A DNA stretch of 45,732 nt, the filler included, from Catajapyx aquilonaris (taxonomy: Eukaryota), in NCBI GenBank assembly GCA_000934665.2. It is 2 parts of 2 records of this genome, joined end to end, with 100 filler letters (N's around TTAATTAATTAA, not from the genome) between each part and the next. Parts side by side here need not be neighbours in the genome. Positions count along the whole stretch, not along the records: positions 22,917 to 45,732 come from JYFJ02005806.1; 1 more part is not named here. One strand, given 5' to 3'. The number at the start of each line of letters is the position of its first letter. The stretch's first letter is position 1. The notes below the pieces were generated by a model. It made no database searches. It saw only the letters and a list, made by a program, of their open reading frames with translations, and was not told where the DNA came from. Made by a program: the position numbers and the translations under genes. Shown one piece after another: positions 37,295-45,732 of the stretch.

Positions 37295-37868
37295 CAGTAA
37301 AACTTCTATAAGTCGAATCTCCATGGGACAGGGAAAAAAACTTGGAGTTATAGAAGATTCAAGTTAGAGAAGTTTGGATTTTTTTAAAGCACCTAACTCT
37401 ATAAGGAAGCCTACCTTCATATCCAGCGACAAAAGGTGTTCAAAACTTAAAAATAACTGGCACTATCACACTTACAATGTTCCTCATTGTTTTGGTGTAA
37501 AAAAAACTCCGTGATGGACATTTTCCTACTCTTTAGATTCAAGGATTCAATTGTCACAATCGAGTGAAACACTTCTTTCGGTACGCCTAGTAGACGGAGA
37601 TCAGAAAATTGAGCCTTTCTGTACTACATGTGGTCTACTCTCGACCCTTCGGCTGGGAAATGAGACAATTTTCTGTACTCGCCAACATGAACTGAAAATG
37701 GATTGATATCCCATCATAAGGCCCTGCCCGCACTTCGAGTTATGGAGAACTTTGAGTTATAGAAATTCAAGTTTGGGAAGTTTATTTCCTATTATTTCAC
37801 ATTGTGACCAACCAAGCTCGTCATTTTCTTTGACTTATAGGGAAGTTCGACTTATAGAAGTTTTACTG
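37295..37868. mobile_element. Non-autonomous pogo/Tc1-mariner-like element
   Basis: 23-bp perfect TIR CAGTAAAACTTCTATAAGTCGAA, TA/CA flanks, internal GAGTTATAGAA-type subterminal repeats. Confidence 0.8.
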
Positions 37869-39827
37869 CATAACATAATATTAAATTGACTCCAGATATA
37901 ACAGCTTCAACCGTAACTGATTCTCGGTTCTAGCAGACTTGACACTTCCATACATGGCCTGTGTATTTGCTCTAACAGACATCGGTTATAACAGACTGAT
38001 TTTTATACTTACGTTTTGTGGCCACAGCAGAAATGATCCACTTTGTTTCCTTGCACTCATCACATCTGATGGACTCGGTTACAGAACTGAAGGACAAGAA
38101 GAATGGTACTTGCTACTAGCTTCAGGTAAAAGCTCCCTTGAAAATATTTTCTCCACTCTCATTCCTGATTCAAGAAACCAATCGGCCTTCCCCTTGATTC
38201 CTAAAATTTCAAAAATGATTAATTTCAATTCACATAATTTACCACCAGATTATTACCTGATGCAAGACCTCAAAAATTAATACCCACGTACCATAATTTT
38301 TTCTCTTTCCATTTCCACCCCTGTTGATCGGCATGTGCATCATTCTTGGCCCTACTGGTGATTCATCAAAGCTGCAAAGCTTGGTGCAGCTCAAAGCATA
38401 TTCAGTGATTACAAAAATGTTGCAGTAGATAATAACATTAATTGGTGCTGAAAAGCACCATGATGGTGTTGATATTTGTTGCATACATTAACTGCCATGA
38501 ATCATTTGTTACCAATTTTTACCAAGTATGAAAAGAATCGAGTTCCTACAGGAGTAACAGTTGCAACTATAACACAATGATGGTAACACTTATGATTCAA
38601 ATAACATTCTGACAATTTTCTTTATTCCTCTAAGACAATTTTAGGATCACTGCTTTCCCGCAAGTGATCTTGAGATTCCTTTCATCATATTACAAAAACT
38701 TTAAAATGAGAATAAAATAACTGAGCACCAATGTTTAATGTGTCCATGAATCTTTCACCTTCAAGGACCTTTTCTGGCACATCAATGAATTGGCTTTCAG
38801 CTAATAATTTCTGTACATGAGCATTTAAAAATGAGAATAACTGCACATGGAACAGTATACACTCATAACATGATTGTGTTCTATACATATATATTCTTTC
38901 ACTCTTTCTGCATAATTATGTAATACTGGATGTTCTGTAATAAATAAAATTTTTGAGGTACTAGACCTTCCTCTGAATATGTGCACATGAAAAAACTTCT
39001 ATAACCTACACATTTGATGTTTCTGTATCACAAGCCTAATCTCACTTTTGAAATTTAAAATCCATTTCCTGACAAGACACTCCTTTGTACGGAACATAGC
39101 ACAGATGCACAAAAGATCTGCACTGTGAACCTCCAGGTATGTACTTTCCATTCTGTCTCTATAAACTGTTTAACCCTCAAGGTTGACGAGGGGGTCAGTA
39201 TCATCTGATATAATAGTTTACCAGCATGCTTATGCGGGGTAATATGGTATAACACCGAATATTTCTGAACAACAATATTAACTAGGTAGGAGTCCTTCCT
39301 ATGGGCAGGTACACATTCAAATACATGGTTGAACAGGTACACATTCAGTCACATAATTTTGACCAGATCATTTTTTGTTATCCACCCTGACTGAAAATAC
39401 GCAACAAGTTGTGTACAACCTGCAATAGCTCACGTAATACAAAAGTAATCTTTAATGTGCTCTATACAGTTGAAACTTGTCACTAGAAGCAAAATCAGCA
39501 ACAGGTACTATCTAGGAAAACCGATAATGCACTCTCTGGAAGACTCTCATTATCAATCTCATTTATCTTTTATGCAGCTTGAACATGAAACTGGCTCAGA
39601 AAACACGAAAAAGCAAACAACATACTAAGCTAAAGCATAGATTACTTAACCTATGTCTCAAAGGGAATGTAATGAGCATTACATGATATTGAGAACTGAG
39701 ATCTGAATATGATTGTTTCTATTATGGAAATAAGTACCTTACTTTAGTGCATAAGGTACTTATTTTAGGTAACTAGCTAACATTGCACTTATCCTGGTAG
39801 GTGTAATCAGAAAAAAAAAAACTAGAT

Positions 39828-42800
39828 TTATGACTGTTGAGCCTTCCTCACTGGAGAACGTTTTCCTTCCGATGCTCCTGTCCTCTTCCCTAAGACAAGA
39901 TTGTCATATTATGCATTAATGTGCGGGACAGTATAATGTACACTTATGCACGCTTCTTACCTGACTGCCGTTTTCGCTTTCGGCAAATGTTCCTGTGTCC
40001 ATCAATTGCCTGTTATGGAGAAAGTTGTACAAAAATTGTAGAGCGACCAGGACAAGCCATTACCACATTCAAAAAGCTTAGCTCTATAAACTATTTTTTA
40101 CTATGAAAGAATAGCGGAGTGGATTTACCTGACATGAAGGACTGCAGTAGAATCGGGCATGACACCCATGACATTTGCCAAGAGCTTCTTTTCCACACAT
40201 ACAGCAAGTCTCGATTTCACGATTTGTATCCTATGAAAGCCGATTATTATTAATAGCTGAGCAGTAAGGTGAAATGCAGGTAGGTAGGGTATCAGTAGTA
40301 GGAAGGTGGTAGGTTTCTTGCACATCAAACTGGCTTGTCAACCATCATGCTTGGTTATGCCACAATGGACCCACACTGCATAACAACACAAATCCATGCA
40401 TATATCCACAGGAATAAATAATGAATCACTATATAATAAATGGTAAAGGTATTTTGCCATGAAAACAATAAGTATTTCAAACAAGTTGAAGGTATCTCAG
40501 GTGTATCAAAGCAATCGCAATGTGTAAACCACAATAACAAAATGGATACAACTCACAGGTGGTTTGCCTCCGTGTGAATCTGCTGGGATTCGATCAAGAC
40601 CACCTCCTGTCAGACGAGGTTCCACATTGCTGCCATTTTCCACAGATGATTGTACATTTTTTTGCTCATTGAAGTACCCGCTTATCTTGCCCAAGGAGCT
40701 TGCACCCATAGCATCACCTGGTTGTCGGAACTGTGCCTTTGGAAGTGAAGGCACCTCTACAGGTGAGGGTACTTTGCACACCTGGAACAACAAAATTTGT
40801 AAATTAAAACACTATGTGGCATGCAGTGACAGGTACGTACAAAAATACGAGCTGCCAAAGGCGATGCATTTATTATAACTGCAATATGAAAATTCATACA
40901 CCAACTGTCAATAATATTGCAAGTTAAAAACTTATCACCAAAATATCGTACAAGACTAAGCAAGTTCCTCAAAAAAATGAGCAAATATAATTATTAACCA
41001 CAAAATTACCTGCGATGTTTGCACTTTTGGGGACTGACTAGGTGTTACACTGTCTTGGAGAGATGACGAATCAGGGTCCCTCTTCTTGGTAGGAATCTTC
41101 CAATTCCACTTCTTATACTCATGCTTCAGACCTAGCTTGTTGAGAGTGTCATCTGACTCCTTATTCTTGCTCTCGTCACTTTTGCCACTCTTCCTCCTGA
41201 GCCTGAGGTAAGGTTCAACGCTGTTCTTACCTTTGAGGGATGTAGTCTTTCCAAAACTGGACTCCTGGAAAGTGTCACAAATAGGAAGTCAAATGTTAAT
41301 ACAATCAATACGGAATGTCCACTGCGTAGATTCTGCTCCATACTATCTGACGTTGTTTTGCTAAGTTGGTAATTTCATTAGCAGGAAATAGTGACATGCA
41401 ATGGTTGTCTACAAGTTTAAAAAAAATATATAGAGATATCTTTACAACTGCATTTGCAAATGCAGTGAGAGCAAAAACGTAATTTAGCCTGAAACTTTCA
41501 CATAAGCCAGTATGTAAACTTCAATGATTCATGCACCCATTCTACTCTCCGGTTCACATACGAGTGAACATTTGCCTGTACACTGTTGGCCACGCAGCAA
41601 CCATCTGCAGCAAAATTAGTCCCCCGTATCTCTGGCTTTCTCGATGAAACAGTGCTGGTACACGTAATTCAACTGCCTAATTATCATGGGCAGCCCATGC
41701 GGTAGCTGCAGTGCTACACATACTGCGCATTTTGTTGTGAGGAGCGGTAGGTCCCGGTATGGTGCGCACTACTTTCGGGCAGCTCACCGACCCCTCGGGC
41801 GTATGGATATCCAAAAAGGTTCACTCTTATGTGAATTGGAGAGTAGAGGACTTTCCCATCAAAGGAACCAATTAGCACATGCCTGCTATTGTATAATATT
41901 GTCAATTCTAAGGTCAGCCTTTAAGAGTGAAAAATGGTGACAGCCTTATTAAATCAAACTAGGGGTGTAATGCATGATGATGATTTCTTCATTTTTAATC
42001 CATTAATTTCCATGTTAAACCCATTGCATATGACAGAGATGGCGTTTTAAATATGATTTCCAAGTTACAAGTAGCCCAACAAAAACAGGGTTAAGTACCA
42101 GGTTCCCACATGTGTATTATAATGCACATCAAAAAAATTCATATCTCTGCGAAAGTGAGAAATGGGTTGTCATATTTCACCCACATATTATACGTAAATT
42201 TGCATAACCTCGAAAGGTGGTAAACTGTAACATAACTAAATTTGATACCATTTATCATCTATTAATGGAAAAAAAAAAGCTGCGGAGAAAGATGTGTCGT
42301 TCTTCCAATCTCCCATTTTCACATACACATTTGAGTCAGACCCCACTTGTCGTACATGGTAAGCTCTGTATTCACAAAAAATTACGTTCCAGTTTTCATG
42401 AACGTGCAAATAAATTCTTTGCAGCAGGAACCACGGACTTAAGCAGGCTGATCCTCAAAAGGATGTCCAGTTTGAAAACCAGCCAAGGACCGAAAGGTGT
42501 GCAGTACCCATTCCCCAAACAAGTGCTCAACAGTATGACCATTCTCTTTCAAAGAGTTATAAAAATTCACACTATTTCAAGGGCGACTTTTGCAAATATA
42601 AAAACTTGAAACGATATCTTTAAAACATTACAAGATCTTCAAAAAGCATGCCGCTAAAAGTGAAAGTCCCTTAAAAAATTTGATGTTCCAAACGGAAGTG
42701 ACACATTTTTCAAGCTAAAGTATCTAAAGAACCTAAAGTAGCCTACAGTACAAACTTGCATTGCCATGCAATGAGCTGAATTTCTTATGGATATGTTCTA

Positions 42801-45378
42801 CCTATGCTACGCTCATAAAGTATATCTCTTTGAAGGTGAACAGCCATTAATTAGCCAAATCATCATCATTCCCAAACTACACTATGAAAGTGCTCTACAA
42901 TTAATCAGGTCTCACCATAATCACGTAACTTTCAATGACCTGAGGCAGAATCAGGTACACCTCTTGAAAGTACCAGTTTCATCCACCTCATCCGCTTTCT
43001 CTTGCCAAAAGAGACACCTCAAAAAATAATGTCGATCCCAAAAAAAGGCCAACTTATTAAAAACAGTCACCTAATAATGCCACTTCAAGTACCATATTTA
43101 TCAATCCTGTACTGCATTTATACAGGAAGTTGTGGCTGGGAAGGACATATTGGTTAGATATCACCGTAATATTCATCGCACTTCCCTGAATTTAAGACAG
43201 GTGATGGTAATTCATATCTTTCTATACGAGGGACGTGTCACATATTCACCAGCCACCACTTCTGACGTGGGATGCAACTACTACTCATGGCTAAACAGCA
43301 AAATGTTAAATTGCACAATAATAGCGCAAGCCCATTTACCTTGTGTGCTATCTTCTGGCATGGTTTCTTTCCTACTTTAACAGTGCCTTTCATTTTGTCC
43401 ACATGCTGAAACACAATTTATGAAAAATTATTTATGATTGAAACACATATCTTAGGGCCCTAGTCTGGTGTCCGGGGGTAGGAGCCCCAGAAACAGTGGG
43501 TACTGTTTTTGACTAATTTTTTGGCCTCCCAGGAGCAAGCGGGATAGCCCCCTCTGTATACACTCTACTACCGATTATCCGGGTGCGGATTATTATTTTG
43601 TGTTACAGATTATACGTGCATCGCCAAGACCAAACGTTAGGAATATAAGTTTGAAAGAAAGTCAATATGTCACACAAACAAAAAATGTACCATTTTTTGC
43701 AGAAAACAATCTAAAAATCTATGGTAAATTGTATTATTGTAATTAACCTTATTTAAAGCAGCATACACTCTGTACATTAGTTAATTTTAAACCGGTGGAT
43801 AGCTCTTTTTACGGTATCTAGGGCCATTTTCGGATTATCCGTGTTTTCCTGATTATACGGGCACATGCGTGCAATTAATTTGCCCGGATAATCGGGAGTA
43901 CAGTGTTACTGGCATTTTCCGGCTTTACAGTGGCATTTCCCGTGCTCCCCATGATCAACTTGAGACAAGTGCCTTATCCCCTCGCTATCACACCTCCTCG
44001 GGAGTGAACAGTTACCCAGCGTCTGGGCAGCTGCGCGCCTGCGTCGTAGAGCCCACCAAACCCGCCAGACTCGGAGGTTAGTTGCCCCATCAAGGTGTGG
44101 TAACGGAAATGGCTAGCAGATTCCCGGGGCGAGGTCCATACCCCTTCTAACGGGACCGGATCCCTGGACACCAAACTAGGGGCCTTAGTATGTTTAACCA
44201 GTACCTCAGGCAATATGCGAGTATCATGACAGCTGAAGCTGTCAACGGGAGTATCCTGGTTGTGGTTCGTATCTGTCAGCAAAAATGTTAAAATGAATTA
44301 ACCTATAATTGATTGATTAGCCTATTTTTGATGCAACAGTAGCCTTGGCTTTACTGCCAGGAACATGGCCAATTTATGCAAAATATTCCTAAATGTGCAA
44401 TGTATTATTATGTGCAGCAATTTAAAGCAACAAGTGACTGTTACAACAGAAACCTGTAAATGTAATGTCTAACCAGATAAGAAGTTTTGGTGTAAAATAA
44501 TGTTACAATATCTCACCCAGGGATCGATTCCTCTTCACCTTTGAAACCTCCTTAGTCCGCAAAGGCAGAGATTCCAACTTTGGGGCTGCACCTAAATTTC
44601 TGAATGCTGAAACTAATGTTTTAAAAATCTCATTATGTTGGAGGAAAAGGTCTAAATCTAAATGACAGGAGAAAGAATGCAACAAACCATTGGCAGGGGC
44701 AGTGACTGTGGAGAAATTGACATCCTTTGGAAACACTGCAGCCAGCTCCTGCAGGAGGATTCTCACATGGTGATACATTATTGGATTACCACGACGCTTC
44801 TCCAGTTCCTCCATCACAGTTGTAGTCAAGCGACTAAGTGACTTGTATGGCTTCCCACCATCCCGCAAATAACACAAGAACTTGCAAATCTTTGTTGCAC
44901 TCTTCACCATTGTCTTCTTTGCCTTTGAGAGTTTCTCAGTCATTTGTCGTTGAGTACAATATCCTCCTGCAGAAAATGAAGGTGTTACAAAAAACGTCAA
45001 ATGAAGCCCGCCGCTTGGGCCTATCTCCTCATAGCATGGGCTTGTAAATTTTCGCCTTGAAAATTTATATATTTTTAGTGGCAGTCACTCTGTTCACACA
45101 AATAACTGAACTGAGAACAAAAAAGTTGCTTCCACCATCTACATATACTTACTACGCCCACTTGACTCCAGCTTCATCAGCTCTTCGTCAATTTCAACAG
45201 CCTTGATCTTATTGGCAATCACATCCCATACGAGGTTTGTAATGGTGAAGGTGGGTGATTGAAACTCCAGCAGGTCAATCTCCTCTCCATATGAAATTGC
45301 CGGGCCATTTTTTATCTGCTCCAGAAAAGTCACTTCTTCATCACCTTCCTCATATCTGATGCCTTTGCAGGTGCCCAT
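39828..45378 (-). CDS. MYND-type zinc-finger protein with an unrecognised N-terminal domain; proposed exons 45378-45153, 44966-44517, 44272-44205, 43405-43340, 41264-41010, 40781-40557, 40230-40129, 40009-39961, 39889-39828
   Basis: Nine exons join in frame via GT-AG sites (phases 1,1,0,0,0,0,0,1). Spliced C-terminus CCMCGKEALGKCHGCHARFYCSPSCQ|AIDGHRNIC followed by basic RKRKR. The start codon and the exon content of 41.3-43.3 kb are uncertain. Confidence 0.65.
43455..44184. mobile_element. PIF/Harbinger-like non-autonomous element (intronic)
   Basis: TIRs gggccctagtctggtgtcc / ggcccctagtttggtgtcc (17 of 19 match), TTA on both flanks. Confidence 0.7.
43561..43905. mobile_element. MITE nested inside the 43455-44184 element
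   Basis: TIRs cactctactaccgattatccggg / cactgtactcccgattatccggg (21 of 23 match), internal GATTATCCG repeats, TA on the left flank. Confidence 0.7.
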
Positions 45379-45732
45379 AATAATTGACCTGTAACGCAAA
45401 CATGCAATCAGTGACACACTTTCTTGTCATTTGGCAGTAAGGTCAGTAAGTGAGAAAGTTATTTTCAGATTAAATGCAAACTGGCAGTCTCCCATAGCTG
45501 CAATACATATACATTGTCATCAATTCCACACCAATAACAACGCACCAGAATAGTTGTTTCATTGAACCTTCCCAAAGGAGCAAAAAAGCACTGATCCATT
45601 GCCTATTAATATAATTATGATCACTCTCAAGATATACAACAAGGGTTAAGCCGTTGGACGCCACAACCGGAGCCACATTAATATCCATGATCTTTACTTA
45701 TCTTTGGTTGCTAGAGCAAACAATATATATAA

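Noticed and set aside
35800..39400. Intact gene or named transposase
   Set aside because: Coding-like fragments contain multiple stops and no motif I can identify; at most a decayed element.

Overview
A gene-dense animal (most likely arthropod/pancrustacean) genomic window with short GT-AG introns. It consists of two sequence blocks separated by an apparently artificial 100-bp linker (44 N + TTAATTAATTAA + 44 N, 22817-22916), so the halves may be unlinked. Left block: a 5-exon Ig+FN3 single-pass membrane protein (+), a three-finger C2H2 protein (-), a tail-to-tail pair of tRNA-derived SINEs, SDS3 (-) head-to-head with Derlin-2 (+), and the last two exons of a PTC7 phosphatase (-) whose 5' part is missing. 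Right block: an ankyrin-repeat gene with a frameshifted C-terminal relic, two tandem divergent ionotropic receptors (-), a small 3-exon gene encoding two RHIM/cRHIM-like amyloid motifs flanked by hydrophobic segments (+; the best novelty candidate), and a multi-exon gene (-) with an unrecognised N-terminal domain and an atypical MYND finger that the ORF track misses. Many MITE-like fold-back elements occur throughout. All exon models were built by hand from splice-site consensus and reading-frame phase; no searches were run.
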